Made by a program: the position numbers and the translations under genes. Below, piece by piece: positions 1 to 12,645 of a stretch of DNA of 64,000 nt. The stretch is from contig NC_134030.1 of NCBI RefSeq assembly GCF_964204645.1, forward strand, positions 14,942,110 to 15,006,109. Reading direction: 5' to 3'. How positions within the stretch are numbered: position 1 is the first letter of the stretch; each line of letters begins with the position of its first letter. This DNA is from Tubulanus polymorphus (taxonomy: Eukaryota; Animalia; Nemertea). The notes beneath the pieces are model-generated. The model did not search any database, was not told where the DNA came from, and saw nothing but the letters and a program-made list of their open reading frames with translations.

Positions 1-936
1 AGACCCTATTGATATTCGCATGTTTATTGTTATTATTTGAAACTTAGTCAAAACTGCTAAGGCTTTCTTACCTTAGCGCTGTTTATTCCGATACAAACCG
101 TTTTATTTCATTTAGCTCACTTCGACCTACTGCTTGGGAATTTTGATGAATCAACGTTACAAAAGCAGTGTCCCGCCGTAAACATCGAAAATTGAGCCCC
201 ATTCAATGGGGCGACATGTTTTTCTGATTCGTCATCCCGAAAACCACCGCAGGCTGCTCGTCACTTCCATTATCAATTCAAGTATAAATAAACAAATTTA
301 TTACCACAAGACTTCACTTTAGCCTCGGTCTTCAAACAGTAATTTTATCAATTACCTACTTCTTCATCGCTTACACTTTGCCGATCCACAGGATATTTAC
401 TACTCTAAATATTATACGCACTGTCGAGCTGTAAACATCGATGAATCAACGTGTGTCTTTACGTCGTCGTTCCGTGGATACGCTGCGAGTTCTCCTTGCT
501 ATGATAATCAAATCAAGTACAAATAAATTTATTACTCCCAGTGATTTGGCCGCGGGCTTCAAACTGTATTCTAATTTATTTTACCAAATTTGCCGGATAT
601 TTACGACGATGAATCATTTCAGTACCGGCGCCAGCCGTGGGCCTAAACTAAACACGCTGAACAGACGCAGCGGAGAAAAGTTATAGTGTTGACGAGGTAT
701 TAAAATGAATGAATTTATTACTACCAGTGATTCGGCCGCGGACTTCAACCAAATATCAATATTCTATTTGTCCTACAGTACATACCGATTTTACCAAATC
801 CACAGGAAATTTACTGAATACCTGTTTATAACACATTCTTATCCATAAGCTGAACTCACGCTTTATATTCGGATTCAGTGTTTCCAATACCGCGGGTGAT
901 AGGAGATCGTTTCTAGGCCGCTTGAATTATCTAGTG
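1..936. mobile_element. Possible Helentron/DINE-like non-autonomous relic with degenerate internal repeats
   Basis: Starts AGACCCTATT..TTATTGTTATTATT. Three degenerate copies of an AAATTTATTAC..CAGTGATT.GGCCGCGG.CTTCAA-like unit at ~295, ~525 and ~710. Ends ..GGCCGCTTGAATTATCTAGT. No coding signal. Confidence 0.3.
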
Positions 937-1723
937 AGGTCCTACGCGACCTTTGGGCTTTACTTTTTCAAACAAACACAATATAATTGTTGTGTTTATC
1001 AACGGACACATGGATTGAACTTCAAACAAAATTTGCAACAGAAAATCAGGCAACATTGCTAAGACACGTAGCACAAAAGATTTGTTTCTTATCCGAAAAT
1101 GAAATTGCTTTTACAAATCGAATACTCCATGAGACCTTACCCTATTTAATAAAGGTGTAGGAATACGATGTTTAGGAGGGTTATAGCGTAATAGGCCTAA
1201 GCCTCATTTGTCCGGATGCTAGGCCTACGCGCATACGTAGGCCAACATAGGCTTAAATGAAGATTTCTTTTAAAAAGCTGTTTGCATTTTCTGACCATTC
1301 GTATAAGCGCAAGAATATCATCAACAATATCACCCCCCCCCCAAAAAAAAAAACTTTGTGACCTCCAAATTTCTCGCTTCTCTTGTACTCCCGTTATATT
1401 GATTCCCTCCATTGGGTGCCTTCAATATCGCTTGCTTGTTTCCACTCCCTCCCTGATTATCTAATGTTCCTTCTCTTTGTTTTCATCTGATTACCCCTTA
1501 GCTTGTACTCACGTTTTCACTTTAGTTTTTGTCTTTTGTTTTATATTACTTTAATACTAATTTATATTACTTATAGTTGCCCCTAGTTTGCCTTTGCTAA
1601 CTTTACTATTGTTTTCCAGCTGTTATGTCATTACTTTCATCTATTCTCCTTTCAACATTTTAATTCGCTTTGTTTCTATTGTATTGGTCTTGTAACGATC
1701 TTCTAATATTCTCCTGTTCTCAA

Positions 1724-1766
1724 AACGCCTGATGATGGATTATAGTCTAAAAGTCGAAACGTTGCA
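1724..1766 (+). ncRNA. Degenerate Penelope-type minimal hammerhead ribozyme motif
   Basis: CTGATGA, then a weak stem TGGAT/GTCTA, then GAAACGTT; downstream of a T-rich tract and followed by AATAAA. Stem I is weak. Confidence 0.4.
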
Positions 1767-1917
1767 CAAATATAAATACTCTTCTATTCAAGTTTCTCGA
1801 ATTTATTGTGGGATTTCTCTCGTTACTCTTTAAATCATTTATCAGGACTGTGAAGAGAAGGATACTACATTGAGTGACTCCACTAGTTAGATCTACTTAT
1901 TTCCAAGAATAGACAGT

Positions 1918-2272
1918 TGTGTTGATTTCGGCCCCCTGTTTTCGATCGGAGAAAACAACTGAGCCATTTAAGCGACCCATCATTGATACCATTTCCTAGA
2001 GGCTTGTCTAGTAATAGCTGATGTAGTGCCTTATAAAATCTTTTTCGAAATCCATAAAGACTATATAAGGCCTAACATTCGATTTCCCAGAGTCAAATAA
2101 CCTGTCGGCGAGTCCATCGCTTAAATGGTTGTTGTACGTTTGACGACACGCAAGCTGCCCGCCGCTCATCTCGCTGTTTCAATCTGTGTAATGGATTATG
2201 TTGTGATTTGTAAATGAACTGTTGTAAATACTGTATTAGAGTCTTCTACTTTCTGTCCTGCAAACGCTGACA
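1918..2272 (+). repeat. BEL 5' LTR (left edge approximate)
   Basis: TG start; ends ..GACA just before the PBS; no second LTR to confirm the left edge. Confidence 0.6.
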
Positions 2273-2275
2273 GAA

Positions 2276-2293
2276 TGGTCCCTCGAGCCGGAT
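2276..2293 (+). promoter_or_regulatory. Primer-binding site, tRNA-Tyr
   Basis: TGGTCCCTCGAGCCGGAT, one mismatch to the complement of the tRNA-Tyr 3' end. Confidence 0.8.
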
Positions 2294-2354
2294 CTTGAAT
2301 AACGTTGGATTATACAATGGTGGAATTTGTGAACTATTAAAATTTTGCGAACTA

Positions 2355-3119
2355 TGGCGGATGAACAAGCTGAAATGGATCTCCTGAAATCCAAACGGAA
2401 GTCTTTTAGGAGCGTCACAACCCGGTATTTAAACGATGCTTCAAGCATTTTAACAACGACGTTGGGTGATTTAGATATTACCACTACTAAAGCTAAACTC
2501 GAGAACATTGTCTCTAAAGTGAAATCCAACAGAGAGTCATTAAATTCGGTGCACGCAGATTTATTGAACGCTACAAAAGTCGACACGGATTTTGAGAGCC
2601 TAAATGAAGATTATGATGTTTATGACCGTAAGATACAGGACGGTTTAGTGCACATTGGGGCATTCATATCCGCCTTAAAAGTTAACGGCAGAGACAGTAG
2701 TGATAATGGCCACAAAAGTCCGAGTATAAGATTGCCCAAAAGCCTGCCTAAGTTTGACGGAGATCCTCTCACATGGACTAAGTTTTGGGATTCCTTTGGT
2801 GTGGCGATTAATAAGAACGATGATTTGCCTGATATAAACAAATTCAGGTACCTACAGGATCATCTGACTGGTTCAGCTCTTAAATCAATAGAGGGATTAA
2901 CGGCTTCGAGTAAAAACTACGATGAAGCGTTGAAAATTCTGAAATCTAGGTTCGGCCAGTCGGATACACAAATAAGCGCATTAATGGAAGCATTACTACA
3001 TAGGAAACCGCCAGAGAATAACGCTACATCGTTGCGGTCGTTTCACGATGACATTGTCAGTTATGTTCGGACATTGTCTAAGCTAGGTCAAAGCACTAAC
3101 GCAATAGGGGATTTACTGG
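2355..3119 (+). pseudogene. gag: BEL gag N-terminal part (DUF1759-like)
   Basis: LPKFDGDPLTWTKFWDSF..KFRYLQDHLTGSA..NYDEALKILKSRFG; cut by the insertion at 3120. Confidence 0.9.
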
Positions 3120-4422
3120 AGTAATAGGAAATATGTTGTTCTAGATCAAAGGTCGAAAGGTCGAGTGAGTAAAAAATGAAAAAGAAATTCTCGCACACTC
3201 GAATTTATTTTTCATTTTCTACTCACTCAACCTCTCAACCTTTAATCTAGAACAACTTATTCCCTATTTCTCTTAAAATATTCATATTTAAAAAGGTGAG
3301 TAAAGTGTTAGCATAATAATCTAGAAAAATAAGATCAAATATAGATTTCGAATAATAAAAAATAAATTTTCAATATAAAAAGTGTGAGTAAAGTGTGAGT
3401 AAAGTGCAAACATAAAAAGTGTGAGAAAAAGTAACGAGTAATTAACGAGTTGTTAGAATTAAAATCAATTTTTAAACATAAAAAGTGTGAGCAAAGTGTG
3501 ATTGAAATAATTCATATTTAAATCATTGAATATTTATATTTGAATGAGTTTTAATAAAAGTTTTGTTATTAAAATGAAGAAAGAAGAAGAAGAACCCAAC
3601 TTCAAAATCGAAATAAAAGAAACCAATAAATCATTTTCACAGTAACATTAGAAATTATATTTCAGCAACAAATTTAGTGTCCGCAAGACATTATAAAATC
3701 GATAACATAACTATGATTAATCAAATATCATCAAATGAAACATATTTAATTACTGAACTAATTGATACTTTTGATAATGGTGTTAAAAATCCTAAAATAT
3801 TTAATACAGTTTTAAAATTAAAAGGAACTTTAGATGAAAACATAATAAATATTCTTAAAACTCCTTTCAATGGAAGAAAAAGTGATATGATACTTGCTAA
3901 AGATTACAATGATTTGATTAAATTAAGAATTGAAAAAAGACAATTATATTATTTCAATTTTCATAATAAACAAATTATCTATAATGAAAATTCATCAAAT
4001 ATTGGTATTCAATGTGAATTGGATAATGAACAATCATTTAAAGATGTTGCAGTTCAATGTAATTTAGATGATGAATTTAGAAAATTCAATCCTAATGAAA
4101 AAGTGTATTGTTATTGTGGTGGCAAATATTTAAATCACATAAATCAAAACATTATCAGACAATCAAACATATCGAATATGAAAAGAATAATAATTCTATA
4201 TTGAAATAAGATTAAGCTGTATGTTTCAAATATATAGTAGTTAAAGCATTGAGAAATTAGTTAATGAATAACTGTTACGTAGTAAGTTAAATTGTTATTT
4301 GATTTGAAACATATAAAGTTAAATATTCATATTCAAAATAAGATATTTCAAATTATTTTTTTTCACTTTTTACTCACTCGACCTTTCGACCTTTGATCTA
4401 GAACAACATATTCCCTATTACT
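3120..4422. mobile_element. Non-autonomous Polinton-family element A (1303 bp)
   Basis: AGTAATAGG...CCTATTACT termini; 6-bp TSD TACTGG at 3114-3119 and 4423-4428; left terminal hairpin 3120-3271. Confidence 0.92.
3574..4204 (+). pseudogene. Element A cargo ORF (~205 aa family, C-terminal CxC..H..H zinc finger), frameshifted
   Basis: Highly similar to ORFs 53755-54345 and 56284-56931. Confidence 0.75.
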
Positions 4423-6443
4423 TACTGGTTCAGGGTATTCTAAAGAAATTATCAGTCGATGTCATCCGAAATATATCACGCCACAATGACAAGGTCACAT
4501 TCACATACGATGAATTGATAACGGCGTTATCACATGAATTAGTGTTATTGGAATTTTGTGATCGCACGTCAGCCAGTTCGAACCCCAGTAGTACCGATAT
4601 TTCTGTCACTACGAATTCAACCTTAGGAAATGTGAATTCTGATGTTCTTGCGTTACCGGTGAGCGTTCAGTCGCGAAGTAAACCATCGGGTTCAGCTGTT
4701 CGTTATCCTTATTCGACGAGGACTGCGTCTATTGTAATAATAAGCATTCATCCGTAAATTGTACCAAAGTGACATCGCTACAAGATGGACTTAAATTCGC
4801 GCGTTCAAAACGTTTATGTTTTAACTGTCTGCGAGCGTCGCATCGCTTGGGCGCATGTAATTCTCAAACGCGGTGTCGGAGGTGCTCCGATAAGCACCAT
4901 ACGAGTTTATGTGCAATAAAATTTGGCAGCGGTTTACAATCACAGCAATCGACAGCTGTTAATACGTCTAGTGCCGAATACAAATCTGATGCATCCGCCG
5001 GGAATACGTCAGCACAGTGTCATCATTCGTCGGACTCAAAAAAGAATGAAGTCATGTTACAAACCGCCGTACTACAGGATATTAACTATGAACGTGAACC
5101 GTGTCAAGCTAATACTTTGTTTGATAATGCTGCAGAGGAAAGTTATATAACCCGCGAGAAATCGTCTTCACTCGGCTTACAATCGCTGGGTACCGAAATT
5201 AAATCTATTAGTGGCTTTGGCGGTAAAACTGTACAAATACTCGCGGACATTGTGAGAGTGTATCTTATAAGAAATACGGGACATATTCCTATTCAGGTGT
5301 ATGTGGTGCCATGCGTGACAGGCATGTTGAGAAATTACGCTCGGCACAAAGTGATCGAGTCGGCTACCCATTTGAGAGGGCTGAAGTTAGCTAAACCGAT
5401 CACTGATGGAGAACTTCATAATATTGATCTACTTATAGGCGCCGATAATTATTGGGACATCGTTGAAGGTCCAGTAATTAAGGGCGACGGCCCTTCAGCT
5501 GTTCAGTCAAAGATCGGGTATTTGTTATCTGGACCCATTTAACTGAAGCCAGTGCTACCGATACCATCGTCCCTACCTACCAGTTCATGCGTCACCGCAC
5601 AGTGCGTTTTTGAGTCGAATGATTCGCTCACCGCCAATGTGAGTTCTGGGAACTTGAGTCAAAGGGTATTTCAGAGACCCATGGGGATACTGACTTATTT
5701 GACTTAGAAGGGTATTGTCGAAATTCCATTTCGTTCAACGGTGAAAGGTACAAGGCACGCTTACCTTGGAAAAGCAACCATCCCCGTTACCGACGAACTA
5801 TATGCAAGCTTTACGTATAAACGAGTCAACAGTTAAGCGTTCAATGAAGCGCGGTGAGTTGAAATATTACTCGGACGTCATGCAAGACCAATTCAACCGC
5901 GGATTTATTGAAAGGGTGTATGATGTTAATAACGCTGCGAGGTCCAGGTTACACTACTTGCCCCATCATCCGGTATATCGCGCTGATTCTGTTACGACTC
6001 CGCTCAGAATCGTTTTTAATTGTAGTAGTCGCGCGTCGTCATATACTCCGAGTTTAAATGATTGTCTGGAGAGCGGTCCAGCGCTGCAAAATAACATATC
6101 GTCGATTTTGCTAAGATTACATTTGTTCGATATTGCATTGATATCTGATATTGAGAAAGCATTCCTTCAGATTTCGTTACATCCACATGACAAGACTGTA
6201 CACGTTTTTTATGGCTCAGTGATCCTGAGGACCCCACAAGTGACCTTGTGGTATGGCGATTCAAAGTGATTCTCTTTGGAGCTAAAAGCTCGCCGTTTAT
6301 TTTCAATGCGACGTTATGACATCACCTGAAGGTGGTTGAACGTCCGTGCACTCTCATGATGAACGATAATCTATATGTCGATAATCTGATAGTCAGCATC
6401 CCTGCTGGCCAAGCTCGACAATTCTATGATACAGCTAGAAGTG
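4423..6443 (+). pseudogene. pol: BEL gag zinc knuckles, aspartic protease and N-half of RT (frameshifted)
   Basis: CFNCLRASH..C, CRRCSDKHHTSLC, LFDNAAEESYIT, DLLIGADNYW, YLPHHPV..LRIVFNCS..SLNDCLESGP, DIEKAFLQI, YVDNL at ~6373. Confidence 0.9.
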
Positions 6444-6955
6444 AGTAATAGGGGTAATGGGCTTTCATACCAAAGGTCGAACGGTCGAGCTCGTAAAAAA
6501 TGAAAATAATAATAATTTACAGTTGAATTAGTCGCGCACACTCCTAATTCAACTGTAAATTATTATTATTTTCATTTTTTACTCACTCGCCCCTTCAACC
6601 TTTGATATGAAAGCCCATTACCCCTATTACTCTTAAAATATTCATATATATATATGAATAACATTTAAATTGACAGATTATTCAATATAAAAGTATATAT
6701 TTACAACATTATTTCAATATTCATATTTGTATGAGTTAGATTTTTAAACATTAAAAGTGTTAGTAAAGTGTGATTGAAATCATGCATGATATAAATCATT
6801 GAACTTCTAAAATCAATTTTAATAAAAAATTTAGTATTAAAATGGAAGCAAATAAGTACTACTGTCCAACATGTAATATCAATATAGATAAATCCCAAAA
6901 ATCAAGACACAATAAAACTAAAACACATTTAGAGAATAAATTGAAACTAGAATAT
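6444..6955 (+). repeat. Left TIR of element B with 188-bp terminal hairpin (6444-6631)
   Basis: Reverse complement of ~22990-23398; extends into the first ~38 codons of pPolB. Confidence 0.9.
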
Positions 6956-9900
6956 GAAGATGATATATTAGAAACTAAATTAGATGAATTAAAGAATGAA
7001 AAGGAAACATACAAATGTGATACATGTAATCAATCATTCAGTGATAAAAGATATTATAAAGAACATTTAAAATCTAAAAGTCATTTTAGAAATAAGAATA
7101 ATGATATTTTAGGTGAAGATTATTTTGATAAAGATAATGATAAGAAACAGAAGACAATTAAAAGCATAAAAAATAAATTAAACAATAAAAGACCATACAT
7201 AGAAGATGTAAGAAATTAATATTAATTCATTAGATAATAAAAAAGAAGTAGAGATAACCGAAGCATTTAAAAGTGATATTGGTCCAGCAGCTATCGAGTT
7301 TAAATTTCATAAAGGAAAAACATTAGAAGAAAATAAAAAACATTTAGAAAATATGAATGAAATAATAAAAATAATAACTGATGTTGAATATCCTAAAATT
7401 AGTATATCAGTTAATGTAAAGTTAATAAAATCTGAAGATAAACCAATATATAATATAAATTCTCATTCACAACATATTATATCTAAACAACATATAGATG
7501 ATAAATGTTATAATGAAGTAAAAACTAAAATAGAAGAGAAATATTTTGAAGGATCTGGTTTAATATTTGATGAAATAATATTTATGACTTTACATGTTTA
7601 TAACACAAAATATAATAAGTTAACTAAATCAAAACCAATTGATGAAAATAATGTATCATATTATAAAGAACCAGATATTGAAGCATCGAGTTATATTGAA
7701 CTACCATTTAAAACTAATGCTGTTATAAATATACAAAATGAAGATGATAAATGTTTTCTATGGGCTATAATAAGTTGTTTACATCCAACAGAAGATATTA
7801 CACATAGTTTTAGATTAACTCATTATAAACCATTTGAAAATAATTATAAGATAGATAAGTATCCTGTCAGAATTAAAAACATCCCAAAGATAGAAAGAGA
7901 TAATAATTTAAGAATAAATGTATTTGATTTAATCAAATTACCAAATACAAAAGGTAACAATATAAAACATTATACATTAGAACCTTTATACCTATCAAAA
8001 GATTATGATTCAAACGATGTTATAGATATATTATATTATGAGAATCATTATATGTGGATTAAACAAATAGATTTATTTTTTAAATCAGAAAATGATCACC
8101 ATAAAATATATCTTTGTAGAAAATGTTTACATCGATTCAGTAATGAAAGTACATTATTAAATCATAAACAATTATGTGATAATCATGATTATTGTAAATT
8201 AGTTTTACCAAATGAAAAAGATAAAATATTAGAATTCAAAAAATATGATTACAAAAATAAAGTTCCATTTGTTATATATGGAGATTTTGAATCATTAAAT
8301 AAAGAACTAACTGATCAAGATAGAAAAGAAATATATTATAAAAGAAAGAAATTAAATTCAAATGAAAATGATTTTTCAGATGACCCACCAAAAACAAATA
8401 CTATTAAAAAGATTCATCAATCAGCTGCAGCTTTCGGGTTATATATAAAATCTGATTATCCAGAACTAATTGAAAGTGAATATTATGATTATAGAAATGA
8501 AAATGTTATCAATCATTTTTGTGACTTATTAATTGAATATGAAATAAGATTTAGTAAATTATTGAATACAAATATAGAAATTATAATGACAGAAGAAGAT
8601 AAAGAAGAATTTGCGTTTGCAGATAAATGTTATTATTGTGAAAAGATATATAATTTTAGAGATAAAAAAGTAAGAGACCATGATCATTTGAATGGAAAGT
8701 TTAGAGGCGCTGCGCATGAGAATTGCAATTTGCAAGCTAGGAAAATTAATTTTGTACCAGTTATATTTCATAATCTATCAGGATATGATGCACATTTATT
8801 TATCAAACAGTTATGCCATAAAATAGAAGAAATTAATAATGAAATAGAAAGATTAAATTCAAATAGATCAAAAGATAAAATACCAACTTATAAATTTAGA
8901 ATGTTAGCTAAAACATCTGAGAATTATATATCATTCCAATTTGGTTGCCTAAGATTTATAGATTCATATAGATTTTTACATAGTTCATTAGATAACTTAT
9001 CAAAATCATTAGTTGATGATGAATTAAAGATATTAAAAGAATATTACCCAAATATTGATGATTTTAAATTAATGAGATATAAAGGTGCAATTCCATATTC
9101 ATTTTATAAATCACATAATGATTTCAATATAACTGAATTATTGAAAGAACAATTTTATGATGAATTAAAAAATGAATATGTTAAAGATGAAGTCTATAAT
9201 AGAACATTGAATATTTGGAATCATTTCAAAATAGAAAATCATGGCCAATTAGTAGATTTATATTTAAAATCAGATGTATTATTATTAACCGATATATTCG
9301 AAAGGTTTAGAGATGTAAACCTAAAATATTTTAATATTGATCCTTGTCATTGTTATTCATCACCAGGTTTAACATGGGATTGTGGATTGAAATTTACAAA
9401 TATAAAAATGGATTTGTTAACAAATATAGATCAATTACTATCATTTGAAAAATCTATAAGAGGAGGAGTTTCAGGTGTATTAGGTGATAGATTCAATGTA
9501 AATGATAACCCTGGATATAAGTTATTATATATAGATGCAAATAATTTGTATGGTTGGGCAATGATGGAACCACAACCTTATGGAGTATTTGAATTAACTG
9601 AAGTTTTACAGAATGAAAATAATGATAAATTTGATTGGAAGAAAAGAATTCTAGATATTGCAGATGATTCAGATACTGGTTACTTTTTTGTTGTAGATTT
9701 AGAATATCCTGAACATATTAAATTTAAATCTAGAAATCTAGCTTACTGTCCCGAACATAAAACTGTAACTCATGAAGAATTATCAAATTATCAAAAAAGA
9801 ATTAAACCCGAAAATCATATTCATACAGAAAAGTTAATGGTATCTCAAGAAGATAAATATAATTATGTAGTACATTATAGAATGTTAAAGTTTTATCTAA

Positions 9901-10867
9901 ACAAGGAATGGTTCTAAAAAAAGTACATAGATATATTTCATTTAGTCAATCTAAGTGGTTAAAAAAATATATAGATTTTAACACCAAACAGAGAACTGAA
10001 GCTAAAACTGATTTCGAGGAAGATTTCTTCAAGTTAATGAATAATGCATTCTATGGTAAGACTTGTGAAAATATTAGAAATAGAAATGATATTGAGTTAG
10101 TCAGTAATGGTAAAAGAATTAGACATTTACAAACATATCCTAAGTTCATTGGTAACAGAATATTTGATGAAAATTTAGCCGCAGTTATGATGAGAAGAAC
10201 ATCAATGAAATTTAATAAACCAATCTATGTTGGCGCTTCAGTTTTAGAATTATCAAAATTACTAATGTATGAATTCTATTATAATATATTACAACCACTT
10301 TTTGGAGAAAAACATATAGAAATATTATATTTTGATACCGATTCTTACATATTAAAGATAAAAACTGATAACATAACTGATGATTTAAAAACATTAAAAC
10401 ATCATTTTGATTTTAGTTATTATCCTAAAGATCAAGAATTGTTTAGCAATGATAATAAAAAAGTTCCCGGTAAATTCAAAGATGAATTAGGTGGTGAAGA
10501 AATGATTGAATTCATCGGTATTAGATCTAAAATGTATTCATATAAAACTAAAGAACATGAAGCTAAAAAGTTAAAAGGAATAACCAAAAGTGTAGTAGAA
10601 AAGAATATTCATTTCAAAGATTACATCAATTGTATATTCAATGAAGAAGTTAGAAAACATAAGATGAGATGTTTAAGATCTGAGTACCACGATATGTTTA
10701 TTGAAGAAATTGAAAAGATAAGTCTAAACCCATTTGATGATTAAAGATATATTTTAGATGATGGAATTCATACAGTTGCTTATGGTTGCAATTTAGATGA
10801 ATACTTAAAATTTAAAAGGGAAGAGACAAAAGATAACGAGATAATGAAAAGAATTCTAACGTGTTAA
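6842..10867 (+). pseudogene. pPolB: Protein-primed family B DNA polymerase with N-terminal zinc fingers, OTU-like region and inserted endonuclease VII-like domain; 2 frameshifts and 1 nonsense codon
   Basis: Exo I YGDFES, Exo II FHNLSGYD, Exo III YLKSDV; Pol A YIDANNLYG, B KLMNNAFYGK, C YFDTDS; C-terminus PFDD*RYILDDGIHTVAYG; pieces are ORFs 6842-7219, 7353-9917 and 9908-10744. Confidence 0.95.
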
Positions 10868-10896
10868 TCAAATTTTAATAAAAATATGTTATTAAA

Positions 10897-11250
10897 ATGG
10901 AGAGTAAACAAGCGCACAGTGAGAAAAACAAATTATTTCTAGATAGAATAAAAGATACTACAAATATAAAATCTGTAGATTATAAATTCAAAAAGTTAAC
11001 AGAATTAACAATCCATAAGAAATATCTAATTACAAATATTGATACAGTTACTAATAACTATGGAGATAAATTAGTTATACACTTAGAATATGAAGGATTA
11101 AAAGGAAATACATATAAATTCAGAACATATTTACCGGATAGATTTCATAGATTATCAAGTGAAGACTTAGAAGAATTATGTTCTGGAGATTTCTATTTCG
11201 TATACAAAGGTAAGAATGAAAAAGGGCACCATGAAATAGATTTCGAATAA
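10897..11250 (+). CDS. Polinton 117-aa protein, possibly an OB-fold ssDNA-binding protein
   Basis: Intact ORF directly after pPolB with the same upstream motif; beta-strand-like pattern; function inferred. Confidence 0.55.
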   Translation: MESKQAHSEKNKLFLDRIKDTTNIKSVDYKFKKLTELTIHKKYLITNIDTVTNNYGDKLVIHLEYEGLKGNTYKFRTYLPDRFHRLSSEDLEELCSGDFYFVYKGKNEKGHHEIDFE

Positions 11251-11267
11251 GAAAATATGTAAAATAA

Positions 11268-12039
11268 ATGGCGGAATTAAAAGAATACAGAAAATTTGTT
11301 GATTCTAGAAGACTTACAAATTATAAATCACATAATTTACTAGTACAATTAGATAGAGAATTTAAGAATTGTGTAGATTTAAAATTAGTTAATATAAGTA
11401 TATATGTAATTCTTTTTACAATATATCGAATAAAACTATTGAACATAGAGCTTTTTTAATTTTTAATAAAAATAAAAATGAATGGGTCTATATATAATTA
11501 AAACCGGGGTTATATAATTTAGATACATTAGCACAAGAAATTAATAGAAAAGCCTGGCACAAATTAGGTAGTAGTTCTGGGTTTAGTATTAGATTTTTAA
11601 AAAGTGAGAGTTCTGATAGAATAAAGATAAGGTTGTCTAATAGTGAAAAACATAAATTTATGGTAAAAAACCTATAGCTAAACTGTTAGGAATTCTTCCA
11701 GATAGATCTTTTACAAATATTGACGCTACTACACAAAACTTAATACCTTACACACATTTTTATATTTATTGCAATTTAATCGATCCTACAAAAACATTCG
11801 AAGCAACTAAAGATATAACTTGTAATTCTGGTTTACTAAACATTTTACCATTGAAGAATGTTAAAGAATTTGGAACGCAAATAAATTATAATTTAACAGA
11901 ATGTGATTTCAAACCATGCATTCCTCGTTTTAATAATTTTAGATTAGAAATTAGAAATAATAATGGATACTTAATTGATTTAAATAATTTCCCATGTAAT
12001 TCCCTGTAATATGAATTAGTTGTTAGATGTAAAGAGTAA
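11268..12039 (+). pseudogene. Minor capsid protein (penton), frameshifted
   Basis: Across frames: FVDS..N..V.L, KLLG, FYIYCNLID, LLNILPL..GTQINY, FRLEIRNNNGYLIDLNNFP; typical Polinton mCP pattern. Confidence 0.7.
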
Positions 12040-12056
12040 TTTTTTTCACTATATAA

Positions 12057-12398
12057 ATGAATATAACTGTTGGACCGAGTATATGTTTTGGGTTTGATTT
12101 TAAACATGGTAAAGAAATGAGAATTAAACTAAATGATGTAATTACTGATATAAAAAGTAAATCATTTAACAATGCATCAATGATTAATAAAGAAAATTAT
12201 AATATAGAAAAAGTAATTGATTTAATTAAATCACCTTTAGAATATTATGAATTAAATGAAGATGGAATTATTGATGATATTAAAAACATATTATCCAAAA
12301 TATATGATAATCATCAAAGTAGTAATGAAATAAATGTTGAATTAATCATCACTAAGATAACTAAATATTTTGATGATAGTAATTTTTTTGATAAATAA
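12057..12398 (+). CDS. Polinton hypothetical protein (113 aa)
   Basis: Intact ORF starting at a T-run/TAAATG motif. Confidence 0.65.
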   Translation: MNITVGPSICFGFDFKHGKEMRIKLNDVITDIKSKSFNNASMINKENYNIEKVIDLIKSPLEYYELNEDGIIDDIKNILSKIYDNHQSSNEINVELIITKITKYFDDSNFFDK

Positions 12399-12620
12399 AT
12401 GAGTGATAATAAGTGGATAATAACTGGATTATATAATGGCGCATTACTATCAGTTGGAACTGTTGGTTATTCAATGGTATTAAAAAAAGTATTCAAAATG
12501 GGAAGTGTTAATGTTGATAGATTTGATATAAATGATATTTTAAAATTAACATTAGCAGTTACTTTATCTAATTTAACTATTGATTATTTGGAAAAACAAA
12601 AATATATTCCTCCCATATAA
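12399..12620 (+). CDS. Small hydrophobic/membrane protein (73 aa)
   Basis: Two hydrophobic or amphipathic segments; TAAATG start. Confidence 0.7.
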   Translation: MSDNKWIITGLYNGALLSVGTVGYSMVLKKVFKMGSVNVDRFDINDILKLTLAVTLSNLTIDYLEKQKYIPPI

Positions 12621-12645
12621 ATGCATAATTTTTTTTGTTAAATAA

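Noticed and set aside
6438-6443. TSD for the large Polinton
   Set aside because: GAAGTG is not repeated at the right end, which is truncated
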